In this document: piece after piece, positions 27,771 through 36,720 of the stretch
Layout of the letters: every line of letters begins with the position of its first letter
How positions within the stretch are numbered: position 1 is the first letter of the stretch
NCBI GenBank assembly: GCA_963704165.1
Contig: CAVPHD010000005.1
Location: 1 to 64,000 of the forward strand
Direction: 5' to 3'
From: an uncultured delta proteobacterium
GTDB lineage: Bacteria; Myxococcota_A; UBA9160; SZUA-336
DNA length: 64,000 bases
Made by a program: the position numbers and the translations under genes
Notes under the pieces: model-generated
The model's input: only the letters and a program-made list of their open reading frames with translations
Databases searched by the model: none
What the model was told of the DNA's origin: nothing

Positions 27771-29054
27771 GTGCTGAGAGCCGTTCCGACCAGATCGATT
27801 CCCTGGCTCCTGCCCGGTTTGATGCTCGGTGGTGCGGTGGTCGGCCTCGTGATCGGCGCGTCCCTCGGTGAGCGCTGGCAGGACCCCGCTCTTCTCCCGT
27901 TGGTTCTCGCGCTGCGCGCTTGCGGGACGGTCTTCCTCTCGTTCCTGAAGGCGTTGGTCGTACCGCTGATCGTGACCAGCGTGGTGCTCGGTGTGGCGCA
28001 GCTCGCCGGATTGGCCGGCTTCGGCCGCCGCGCGGTGGCCGTCGCCTTCTACTACTTCGCGACCACGCTCGCGGCGGTCGCGACCGGCCTCGTGCTCGTG
28101 AACGCGATCGCGCCGGGACGAAACGTCGGTGAGTTGACCGCGCACGCGGCGCCTGCGATCGCGCTCGAAGGTCGCGGTCCGGCCGCGGCGATCTACGATC
28201 TGGTCGTCAGTCTCTTCCCGCCGAACTGGATCGGAGCCGCGGCCGAGGGGAATCTGCTCGGGCTGATCGTCGCGGCGGTGCTTCTGGGCGCGGCGATCGC
28301 GTCCGTCCCGCGCGCGGCGGAGAAGCTCGTCCCGCTTATCGACGCGCTCAACGAGGTACTGCTCCGCCTCGTGCGCGCGGCCGTCTGGGCGGCGCCGATC
28401 GGAATCCTCGGGCTGGTCGCCGATCGGATCGGAGTGGCGGGTGGCGGCGCGGCGATCGGGCGCGAGCTCGCGGCGCTCGGTGCGTACTCACTGACGGTCA
28501 TCGTGGGGCTCGCAATTCACGGCGGAGTGACTCTTCCTCTGGTGCTCCGTTTCGTCGCAAAGCGAAATCCACTTCGATACGCGAACGGAATGAGCGAGTC
28601 ACTCGTCACCGCGTTCGGGACGGCGTCGTCCGCGGCGACGCTCGGCCTCACGATGCAGGGCGTCGTCGAGCGAAACTCCGTCTCGCCGCTTGCCGCGGAG
28701 CTCGTCGTCCCATTGGGCACGACCGTGAACATGAACGGCACGGCGCTCTACGAGGCGGTGGCCGCCGTCTTCATCGCGCAGGTCGTCGGAATCGAGCTCA
28801 GCGGCGTGCAACAGATCGTCGTTCTCCTCACCGCGACCCTCGCGGCGGTCGGCGCCGCGGCCATTCCGGAGGCGGGCCTGGTGACTCTCGTGCTCGTGCT
28901 CTCCGCGGTGGGATTGCCCGCGGAGAGCGTCGGTTTGATTCTCTCGATCGACTGGATCCTCGATCGATTTCGCACCACGGTGAACGTGTGGGGGGATGCG
29001 GTCGGCGCAGCCGTGCTCGATCGCTGGCTCACGGGTGGCAAGGACGCGCCCTAG
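27771..29054 (+). CDS. dicarboxylate/amino acid:cation symporter (DAACS, GltP/SstT family)
   Basis: LKALVVPLI, AFGTASSAATL, PLGTTVNMNGTALY, GAAAIPEAG, DWILDRFRTTVNVWGD. Start at GTG 27771 after GGAGA. Confidence 0.93.
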   Translation: MLRAVPTRSIPWLLPGLMLGGAVVGLVIGASLGERWQDPALLPLVLALRACGTVFLSFLKALVVPLIVTSVVLGVAQLAGLAGFGRRAVAVAFYYFATTLAAVATGLVLVNAIAPGRNVGELTAHAAPAIALEGRGPAAAIYDLVVSLFPPNWIGAAAEGNLLGLIVAAVLLGAAIASVPRAAEKLVPLIDALNEVLLRLVRAAVWAAPIGILGLVADRIGVAGGGAAIGRELAALGAYSLTVIVGLAIHGGVTLPLVLRFVAKRNPLRYANGMSESLVTAFGTASSAATLGLTMQGVVERNSVSPLAAELVVPLGTTVNMNGTALYEAVAAVFIAQVVGIELSGVQQIVVLLTATLAAVGAAAIPEAGLVTLVLVLSAVGLPAESVGLILSIDWILDRFRTTVNVWGDAVGAAVLDRWLTGGKDAP

Positions 29055-29067
29055 TCGGAGGAGCAAG

Positions 29068-30468
29068 ATGGCCCCACGCATTCGAGGCCGCCGATATCGC
29101 GCCCACGTTCGCAAGGACCTCGACCGTCTGCCCGCGCTCGAGGGCCTCGACCCCGGTCTCGTGCTCGACATGAAGGCGGTCTCCGCGGTCTTCCCGTTCC
29201 GGACGAACCCCTACGTCGTCGATACGCTGATCGATTGGAAGCGCGTGCCGGACGATCCGATCTTCCAGCTCACGTTCCCGCAGCCGGGCATGCTCGACGG
29301 GAACGATCTTCGCGAGCTGCGAGCGCTCGTCTCGCGCGATGCGACCGAGCGGCAGATCGCGCCGGTCGTTCGCAGGATCCAGCGCGCGCACAACCCGCAT
29401 CCCGCCGGGCAGATGGAGCTGAACGTTCCCGAGTTCCAGGGCCGCCGGCTTCCCGGAATGCAGCACAAGTACCGCGAGACGGTGCTCTTCTTCCCGAGCC
29501 AGGGGCAGACCTGTCACGCCTACTGCACGTACTGTTTCCGCTGGCCGCAGTTCGTCGGGATCGACGAGCTCCGGTTCGCCAGCCGCGAGGCGGAGGGGCT
29601 CGAGGGCTACCTGCGTGAACACACGGAAGTGTCGAGCGTCCTCTTCACCGGCGGCGATCCGCTCGTGATGAAGACCGCGAAGCTGCGCCGGTACATCGAG
29701 CCGCTTCTCGACCCGGCGCTCGACCATCTGATCAGCATCCGCATCGGCACGAAGGCGCCCGCGTACTGGCCGTATCGATTCCTGACCGATCCCGATGCCG
29801 ACGATCTGCTTCGCCTGTTCAGCGAGGTGCGGGAGTCGGGCCGACACCTCGCGCTGATGGCGCACTTCTCGCACCCGCGCGAGCTCGAGACGCCGGAGGC
29901 CCAGGCCGCGATGCGACGCATCACCGACGCAGGCGCCGTCGTGCGCTGCCAGGCGCCGGTCGTCCGCCACGTGAACGACAGCGCCGAAACCTGGGCCGAG
30001 CTGTGGCGGCTCGAGGTGCAGCTCGGCGCCGTCCCCTATTACATGTTCGTCGAGCGCGACACCGGACCGAAGGCGTACTTCGAGGTCCCGCTCGCGCGCG
30101 TACACGAGATCTTCTCCGGTGCCTACCAACGTGTCTCCGGCCTGGCGCGGACGGTACGCGGCCCGTCGATGACCGCGACACCCGGGAAGGTGCGGATCGA
30201 CGGTATCGCCGAGATCCGCGGCGAGCGCGTCTTCGTGCTCGAGTTCCTGCAGGGGCGCGTGCCCGGTTGGGTGGGCCGTCCGTTCTTCGCCGCCTTCGAC
30301 CCCGCAGCCACCTGGCTCGACCAGCTGCGTCCCGCGTTCGGGGAACCCGAGTTCTTCTTCGACTCCACGCTGCGCGAGATCCGCGAGCAGCACATCGCGC
30401 CGGCGTGGGCCTCGAAGTCGTCACGACGCAGACGGCCGACGATCTTCGGCAGCGTGGAATGGGAGTGA
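29068..30468 (+). CDS. KamA-family radical SAM/PLP amino-acid 2,3-aminomutase
   Basis: HKYRETVL, CHAYCTYCFR (CxxxCxxC), LFTGGDPL, IRIGTK, HFSHPRE, PYYMF, TPGKV; RBS GGAGGAG. Substrate unknown. Confidence 0.88.
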   Translation: MAPRIRGRRYRAHVRKDLDRLPALEGLDPGLVLDMKAVSAVFPFRTNPYVVDTLIDWKRVPDDPIFQLTFPQPGMLDGNDLRELRALVSRDATERQIAPVVRRIQRAHNPHPAGQMELNVPEFQGRRLPGMQHKYRETVLFFPSQGQTCHAYCTYCFRWPQFVGIDELRFASREAEGLEGYLREHTEVSSVLFTGGDPLVMKTAKLRRYIEPLLDPALDHLISIRIGTKAPAYWPYRFLTDPDADDLLRLFSEVRESGRHLALMAHFSHPRELETPEAQAAMRRITDAGAVVRCQAPVVRHVNDSAETWAELWRLEVQLGAVPYYMFVERDTGPKAYFEVPLARVHEIFSGAYQRVSGLARTVRGPSMTATPGKVRIDGIAEIRGERVFVLEFLQGRVPGWVGRPFFAAFDPAATWLDQLRPAFGEPEFFFDSTLREIREQHIAPAWASKSSRRRRPTIFGSVEWE

Positions 30469-30473
30469 AGACG

Positions 30474-31763
30474 ATGCAGACACCGCAGCGACCCGAGGTC
30501 GCGTTGAACCCGAACATCCGCGGCATCGGAAAGTCACCGACGATGGCGATTCAGGAGCGCGCGGACGCGCTCGTTCACGCCGGACGCGCAATCTACCGGC
30601 TGGGCCTCGGCCAGTCACCGTTTCCGGTTCCGGCGGAGGTCGTCGAGTCACTGCGTGAGCACGCCGCGCGCAAGGAGTATCTGCCGGTTCGCGGGCTTCC
30701 GGAGCTGCGGGAAGCCGTTGCGGACTACCACCGGAGGCGACACGGAACCGGCTGCGACGCGGCGGACGTCCTGATCGGACCCGGCTCCAAGGAGCTGATG
30801 TTCCTGCTCCAGGTCGTCTACCGCGGAGATCTTCTGATTCCGACTCCGGCCTGGGTCTCGTACGCGCCACAGGCGCAGATCGCGGGACGAACCGTACAGC
30901 TGCTTCACACCGACGCCTCGGACGGCTGGCGGCTGCAACCCGAAGCCCTCGACGCGCTCTGCCGCGTCGAGCCGGACCGCCCGCGCGTGTTGGTCTTGAA
31001 CTATCCGAACAATCCGACCGGGGGTACGTACACCGAGCCCGACGTGAAGGCGCTCGCCGAAGTCTGTGCGCGCCGCGGGGTCGTCGTGCTCTCCGACGAG
31101 ATCTACGCGGAGCTTCACCACACCGGTGGGCACGTCTCGATCGAGCGCTTCTACCCGAACGGCACGATCGTCTCGAGCGGACTCTCGAAGTGGTGTGGCG
31201 CGGGCGGCTGGCGCCTCGGCACGTTCGCGTTCCCACCGGCGCTGCGCTGGCTGCTCGAAGCGATGGAGGCGGTCGCGAGCGAGACCTACACCACGACCAG
31301 TGCCCCGATCCAGTGCGCCGCCGTGCGTGCCTTCCGCGGCAGCCTCGAGATCGAACGCTACCTGTGGCGGGCGCGGCGCATCCTGCACGCGCTCGGGGCG
31401 AGCATCCACCGGCGCCTCTGTGCCGCGGGGGCGAACGTCGAGCCACCCGTCGGTGGCTTCTACCTGTTTCCGGACTTTGCCCCGCTCGCCGAGCGGCTGA
31501 GATCGAGGGGAGTCACGACGAGCGACGAGTTGTGCGAGCGGCTGCTCGACGATACCGGCGTCGCCATGCTTCCCGGCAGCGCGTTCGGACGCGGTCCCGC
31601 CGAGCTGACCGCGCGGATCGCCTACGTCGACTTCGACGGTGCCCAGGCCATGGCGGCGTGCGAGGAGATCGGCGGAAGCGACCCGCTCTCGGACGACTTC
31701 CTCGACCGCTACTGCGCCCGCGTGATCGTGGCGGTGGATCGACTCTGCGATTGGATCGCGTGA
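30474..31763 (+). CDS. class I/II PLP aminotransferase (aspartate-aminotransferase-like)
   Basis: LGLGQSPFPVP, GPGSKE, NYPNNPTG, LSDEIY, GLSKWCGAGGWRLG, GGFYLF. Start ATG 30474 or GTG 30465 (overlapping upstream stop). Confidence 0.92.
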   Translation: MQTPQRPEVALNPNIRGIGKSPTMAIQERADALVHAGRAIYRLGLGQSPFPVPAEVVESLREHAARKEYLPVRGLPELREAVADYHRRRHGTGCDAADVLIGPGSKELMFLLQVVYRGDLLIPTPAWVSYAPQAQIAGRTVQLLHTDASDGWRLQPEALDALCRVEPDRPRVLVLNYPNNPTGGTYTEPDVKALAEVCARRGVVVLSDEIYAELHHTGGHVSIERFYPNGTIVSSGLSKWCGAGGWRLGTFAFPPALRWLLEAMEAVASETYTTTSAPIQCAAVRAFRGSLEIERYLWRARRILHALGASIHRRLCAAGANVEPPVGGFYLFPDFAPLAERLRSRGVTTSDELCERLLDDTGVAMLPGSAFGRGPAELTARIAYVDFDGAQAMAACEEIGGSDPLSDDFLDRYCARVIVAVDRLCDWIA

Positions 31764-31855
31764 CGGCGGGGCCCTGATTCCGTCCCCCTTTCTTCTCTCG
31801 AGCGCCGATGCAATGCTGGGCGGGCGATCCGGGAGAGTTTGGGGGAAGCCGCGCG

Positions 31856-33736
31856 ATGCTCGTCGAAGGCCCGACGTTCAACTTCGCGCTCGCGCTCGGT
31901 GTAGGTGTCCTCGCGCAGACCGTCGCCCGGCACGTGCGCGTGCCGAGCATCGTGATCCTGCTGGGGGTTGGCGTCGCGCTCGGGCCCGACGGATTCGGCT
32001 GGCTCGTGCCGCGCTCGCTCGGAGACGGCCTGTTCGCGCTCGTCTCCCTCGGCGTTGCCGTGATCTTGTTCGAGGGTGGCCTGGGTCTCGACCTGCAACG
32101 CCTGCGCGCGGCGGCGCTCTCGGTACGCCGTCTGGTCACGTGGGGTGCGCTGCTCACGATGGGAGGTGCCGCGCTCGCGGCCGCGCTGACGCTCGGCTGG
32201 CCAGCGGAACGCGCACTGCTCTTCGGCGCGCTCGTGATCGTGACCGGACCCACGGTGATTCGCCCGATCCTGCGCACGGTACCCCTGCCCGGGCGACTCG
32301 CGACCGTTCTCGAAGCCGAGGGTCTGTTGATCGACCCGATCGGCGCGGTGATCGCGGCGGTAACGCTGCAGGTCGTCGTCGCACCGACGCTCGATCAGCT
32401 CGGCGCCGGTGCGGTCGGTCTGCTCGCCCGTCTGGGCTTTGGCACCGTGGCCGGGCTCGCGATCGGATTCGCGCTCGCGGCGCTTCTTCGCATGCAGCGC
32501 GCGATTCCGGAGGGTCTGGAGAACCTCGTCACGCTCGGCGGCGCGCTCACGGGCTTCGTCCTCTGCGAGGCGACGCTGACCGAGAGCGGGATCCTCGCGG
32601 TCACCGTCGCCGGAATCGTCGTCGGAAATCGCGCCAAGGGCGTCGCTTCACACCTGTCGGAATTCCAGGAGTCCCTGACGCTTGCCGTGATCGGCATGCT
32701 CTTCGTCCTGCTCGCCGCGGACGTGCGTCTCGCGGATATCCGGTCGCTCGGATTGCCAGCGATCCTCACCGTCGTGCTGGTCGCGTTCGTCGTCCGGCCG
32801 ATCGTCTCGCTCTGGTGTACGCGTGGCTCCGACCTGTCGCTACGGGAACGCCTCTTCGTGGCCTGGCTCGGCCCGCGCGGGGTCGTCGCGGCGGCGGTTG
32901 CGTCTCTCGCTGCGGTCGTGCTCGAGGACCTCGGAATCGAGGGTGGCCGGGAGGTGCGCGCGCTCGTCTTCCTGACGATCTTCTCGACGGTGGTCGTTCT
33001 CGGTGGCGCTGCGCCGCTGGTCGCCCGGCTACTTCGCGTGCGCCAGCCGGAGCGCGACGGTGTCGTCGTACTCGGTGCGGACGAGGTCGGGCTCACGCTC
33101 GCGGAGGTTCTTCGCGAGACATCGAGCCAGGTGATCTTCGCCGACAACAACGCGGATCACTGCCGCGAGGCTGCGCGGCGTGGTTTCGAGGTGGTCTTCG
33201 GGGACGCATCCGAGCCGACGACGCTCGAACGGATGCATCTCGAGCGAGCGCGCGCGGCAATCGGCCTGACGACACGTCCGGAGCTGAACCAGCTCTTCGT
33301 GGCGCAGGCGCGCGACGAGTACGACGTTCGCGATCTCTATGTCGCTGCGCGCCGAGGCAGCGGCAACGTGTCGGCCCGACTCGCGCAGCGGGTGGCCGCT
33401 CGTGTGCTCTTCGATCGCGCGAAGGATCTCGCGCGCTGGAACGTCCGGCTCAGCAACCTGCTCGCGGACAAGGTCATGTTGCGCTTTGCCGCGGAGCCCG
33501 TGGCTGCCGATTCCGCGTCGTCCCCTGAAGACCCGGATCCGGCATCGGCCGATCGCTACCTGATCCTCGCGGTGAAGCGCGGCCCGCGCTGGGAGCCGAT
33601 GCACGCGGAATGGCAGGCCGTGAATGGGGACGAGGCGCTCGTCCTGCTGCACGAATCCGAGCGCGACATTGCCCTGGCCGAACTGGAAGTACTCGGTTGG
33701 ACACCACCCGCAGACCCGCCCGCCAAAACCGCCTGA
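31856..33736 (+). CDS. CPA1/NhaP-type cation:proton antiporter with TrkA-N-like C-terminal domain
   Basis: VAVILFEGGL, VTGPTVI, EGLLIDPIG, ESGILAV, FVLLAA, GPRGVVAA, then VVLGA...FGDA. Confidence 0.9.
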   Translation: MLVEGPTFNFALALGVGVLAQTVARHVRVPSIVILLGVGVALGPDGFGWLVPRSLGDGLFALVSLGVAVILFEGGLGLDLQRLRAAALSVRRLVTWGALLTMGGAALAAALTLGWPAERALLFGALVIVTGPTVIRPILRTVPLPGRLATVLEAEGLLIDPIGAVIAAVTLQVVVAPTLDQLGAGAVGLLARLGFGTVAGLAIGFALAALLRMQRAIPEGLENLVTLGGALTGFVLCEATLTESGILAVTVAGIVVGNRAKGVASHLSEFQESLTLAVIGMLFVLLAADVRLADIRSLGLPAILTVVLVAFVVRPIVSLWCTRGSDLSLRERLFVAWLGPRGVVAAAVASLAAVVLEDLGIEGGREVRALVFLTIFSTVVVLGGAAPLVARLLRVRQPERDGVVVLGADEVGLTLAEVLRETSSQVIFADNNADHCREAARRGFEVVFGDASEPTTLERMHLERARAAIGLTTRPELNQLFVAQARDEYDVRDLYVAARRGSGNVSARLAQRVAARVLFDRAKDLARWNVRLSNLLADKVMLRFAAEPVAADSASSPEDPDPASADRYLILAVKRGPRWEPMHAEWQAVNGDEALVLLHESERDIALAELEVLGWTPPADPPAKTA

Positions 33737-33776
33737 GGCGGGGACGCCGGCGCCCGTCACACTTCGCGGTGCAAAA

Positions 33777-33792
33777 AGTCGGCCAGCCGACA
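33777..33792. promoter_or_regulatory. Crp/Fnr-geometry palindrome of CooA-box type
   Basis: AGTCGGCCAGCCGACA = (A)GTCG-N6-CGACA, about 80 nt upstream of the DUF4398 gene. Confidence 0.5.
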
Positions 33793-33872
33793 CACATGCA
33801 CTGCGGCTGGTAGCGGACTCGTGATGGATGCCCGAGAGTGACCGGGAACTGATTCCAAAGGAGGGGCTAGAC

Positions 33873-34271
33873 GTGCCTTCGATTCACAAGAACCTGAGAT
33901 GGGTCGTCGCGGCTGCGGCGATCGGCGCTCTGATCGGCTGCGCCAGCATTGCACCACCGATCGAGACCATCTCGGCCGCGGACCTCGCGGTCACCGAGGT
34001 CAGCCGAGCGGATGAGCGCGAGATCTCACGCTTGGAGATCCACCTCGCGAACGAGGAGCTCAAGGCCGCGCGCGCCGCACTCGCCAAGGACGAGAACCTC
34101 GCCGCGCAGCGACACGCCGAGCGCGCGCTGGTCCAGGCTCAGCTCGCAGACGCGAAGATCCACGCTGCGCGCGCGAACGCGTCCGTCACGCAGCTGCGCG
34201 ACGACATCAATGCGCTTCAGCTCGAGATCGAGCGCGCCTCGAACCGCGGCCGCACGCCGGTGACGCGGTGA
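33873..34271 (+). CDS. DUF4398-domain lipoprotein
   Basis: Lipobox LIGC, helical A..A...AERALVQAQLA pattern; AAGGAGG upstream of GTG 33873. Confidence 0.8.
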   Translation: MPSIHKNLRWVVAAAAIGALIGCASIAPPIETISAADLAVTEVSRADEREISRLEIHLANEELKAARAALAKDENLAAQRHAERALVQAQLADAKIHAARANASVTQLRDDINALQLEIERASNRGRTPVTR

Positions 34272-34297
34272 AACCCATGAGAGAGAGGAACGATTCC

Positions 34298-35203
34298 ATG
34301 CGAACGACCCTGAGACATTCGTCCGGTTTCGCCGCGCTGGCGATCGCAGCGGCCGCCGCCCTGCTCGTCGCCTGCGCGACACCGGTTCCGCCTTCCGAGT
34401 TGGTGGCGGCTCGCGATGCCTACTCGAAGCTCAGCGCCGATACGGCGGTCGCGAGTCAGGTGCCCGTGATCCTGTACGAGGCGAAGCGAGAGCTCGACGC
34501 CGCCGAGAGCGCGTGGACGCGCGAAGACATCGAAGAGATGGAGCACATGGCGTACCTGTCACGCACCCGCGTGGAGATTGCCCGTCAGGTGGCATCGCAG
34601 CGGGCCGCCGAGGCGGACGCCAAGAAGCTCTCGAAGGATCGGGCCGGTGTTCGGCTCGAGGCGCGCACGCGAGAGGTCGACGTGGCTCGGGTCGAGGCGG
34701 ACGCGGCCGCGAAGGCGGCGGAAGAGCACAAGAGACGGGCCGCGGACCTCGAGAAGTCGCTCGCCGACCTGAAGGCGACGCGCACCAGCCGCGGCATGAT
34801 CCTCACGCTGGGTGACGTCCTCTTCGACACGGGCAAGGCGGAGCTGCGCCGCGGCGCGATGCAGAATCTGTTTCAGCTGGTGAGCTTCCTGCGCGAGAAC
34901 CCGGAACGCGAGCTGCTCGTCGAAGGACACACGGATTCGGTCGGGACGGACGACTACAACCTCGATCTCTCGCGGCGGCGCGCGCAGGCCGTCCGCGCCT
35001 TCCTGATCGACAACGGGATCGAGGCCCGTCGGATCGTGGCCACCGGCTTCGGAGAGGGCTATCCGATCGCGACGAACGAGGATTCGTCCGGTCGGCAGCA
35101 CAACCGCCGAGTCGAGGTCGTGATCCTCGATGCCGGCCAGAATGCGGCCGAGCGGGCCCGGACCGACCGTCCGACCGATGTGGCGGCGCCGCCACGGCCC
35201 TGA
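34298..35203 (+). CDS. DUF4398 + OmpA-like peptidoglycan-binding lipoprotein
   Basis: Lipobox LVAC, RGMILTLGDVLFDTGKA, VEGHTDSVG, LSRRRAQAV, NRRVEVVI. Confidence 0.92.
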   Translation: MRTTLRHSSGFAALAIAAAAALLVACATPVPPSELVAARDAYSKLSADTAVASQVPVILYEAKRELDAAESAWTREDIEEMEHMAYLSRTRVEIARQVASQRAAEADAKKLSKDRAGVRLEARTREVDVARVEADAAAKAAEEHKRRAADLEKSLADLKATRTSRGMILTLGDVLFDTGKAELRRGAMQNLFQLVSFLRENPERELLVEGHTDSVGTDDYNLDLSRRRAQAVRAFLIDNGIEARRIVATGFGEGYPIATNEDSSGRQHNRRVEVVILDAGQNAAERARTDRPTDVAAPPRP

Positions 35204-35267
35204 TGCGACGACTCCGCGCCCGATGATCCGAGGGCGATATCGGATAAACTCCCGGACCGCCAAGACC

Positions 35268-36023
35268 GTGGGACAGTGCGTGCGACGAAGCGCGCGCTAC
35301 TTCCACGGTCTACGCGGGCCCGGGAGTTGCCGTCTGGAGCACTGGCACATCGCGAAGGTCCATTGGCTGCGGTCGCTCGAGCCCGCAGTCACCGAGACAT
35401 TGCGTCGCGGCTGCCGAGTCCTGGAGTACGAGCGCGGGCAGATGATCTACGCGCCGACCCCCGAGCCCGAATCCGTGTACCTGCTCGAGCAGGGACTCGT
35501 CCGCGTCCACCGGATCTCCGATGCGGGCGAACAGGTCACGCTGTACTACGTCCGCGCTGGCCAGATCTTCGGTGAGCTCGCGGTGATCTCCGACAAGGCG
35601 CGCGAGAGCTTCGCGCAGGCCACGCGCAGATCCGTCGTCTGGTGCATGGATCGCGCGACTTTGACGCAGCTGATGGCGAAGAGCTCGACCGCGGCGCTCG
35701 AGATCACCAAGCAGGTCGCGGGCAAGATGAAGCGGATCGAGAACCGCGTCGAGGATCTGGTCTTCCGTCCCGTCCGTTCCAGACTCGCCCGCACGCTGCT
35801 CACCCTGGCCGAGGACTTCGGCAAGAAAGAGGGCGATTGGGTTTCGATCGAGCTTCCCATCACCCAGGCCGAGCTGGGCACGCTGGTCGGAGCCACACGG
35901 CAAAGCGTCAGCGACAGTTTCCGGGACCTCGTGTCCGAGAAGGTCCTCTCTCGTGATCGCGGCCGAGTTCTGGTCTTGCAGCCGGAAGCACTCCGGAGGG
36001 TTGCGGCGGGCAGCGGCGCGTGA
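35268..36023 (+). CDS. Crp/Fnr-family transcriptional regulator
   Basis: cNMP-domain VYLLEQGLV...GQIFGE...R, C-helix, HTH ITQAELGTLVGATRQSVS. Start uncertain. Confidence 0.9.
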   Translation: MGQCVRRSARYFHGLRGPGSCRLEHWHIAKVHWLRSLEPAVTETLRRGCRVLEYERGQMIYAPTPEPESVYLLEQGLVRVHRISDAGEQVTLYYVRAGQIFGELAVISDKARESFAQATRRSVVWCMDRATLTQLMAKSSTAALEITKQVAGKMKRIENRVEDLVFRPVRSRLARTLLTLAEDFGKKEGDWVSIELPITQAELGTLVGATRQSVSDSFRDLVSEKVLSRDRGRVLVLQPEALRRVAAGSGA

Positions 36024-36115
36024 GGCGAGCGAGCGCAGAATCGGGCGGACGCCCGACACAACGACTCGCGTCTGCCGCTCGCGCCTCCACCGTGCGAGTT
36101 CGCGGGTCGCAGCCG

Positions 36116-36697
36116 GTGAACTGGCGTCTCGCGCCGGTCCTGGGCGGCGGCCTGATCGTGGTCTTCGGTCCGCCCCTCGGAGGAAAGAGCCTGATCGCCG
36201 CTGGCCTCGCCGACTCCCTGCCGCGGGTGATCAAGCTCGAGGCGATCGACAACCTCGACCAGAAGAGTGACTACTGGCCGCGGGGAGGGGTCTTCGGCAG
36301 GACGCGATCCGGCCCCGAGCTCCGGCTTCTGACGGCTGCACGTGGATCGTGGTCGCGCCGACCTCGATCATCCCCGCCGACGATCATCGTCAGCGCGCGC
36401 TTCGGCAGCCCGCGCCTGCGCGGCGCCGCGATCCGAGCGGCCTCGAAGGCGGGAATGCGCGTGCTGCTCGTCGAGGCGCTCTCCTCCGAGCTGCGTTCGC
36501 TCCGGCGAATTCCGCTCTCGTTGCTTCCCCCCGAAGAGATGGACCGACGGCTCGAGACCTACCGCCGTGCGGTCGGCGAATACCAACCGGTCGGCGCCGG
36601 CGAGGCGCGCACTCGACCCTGTCTCCGCCTGCGCCATGTTCTGGCGGATCCGGACGCTTCGGTGCGCCGGATCGTGACCGAGTGGTCGATGCCGTGA
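36116..36697 (+). CDS. P-loop kinase-like hypothetical protein
   Basis: LIVVFGPPLGGKS Walker A, then IIVSARF...R, VLLVE; AAA_33/nucleotide-kinase-like layout. Start uncertain (36020 or 36116). Confidence 0.55.
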   Translation: MNWRLAPVLGGGLIVVFGPPLGGKSLIAAGLADSLPRVIKLEAIDNLDQKSDYWPRGGVFGRTRSGPELRLLTAARGSWSRRPRSSPPTIIVSARFGSPRLRGAAIRAASKAGMRVLLVEALSSELRSLRRIPLSLLPPEEMDRRLETYRRAVGEYQPVGAGEARTRPCLRLRHVLADPDASVRRIVTEWSMP

Positions 36698-36720
36698 GGA
36701 AATCGGGGGGGGCGCGCACG

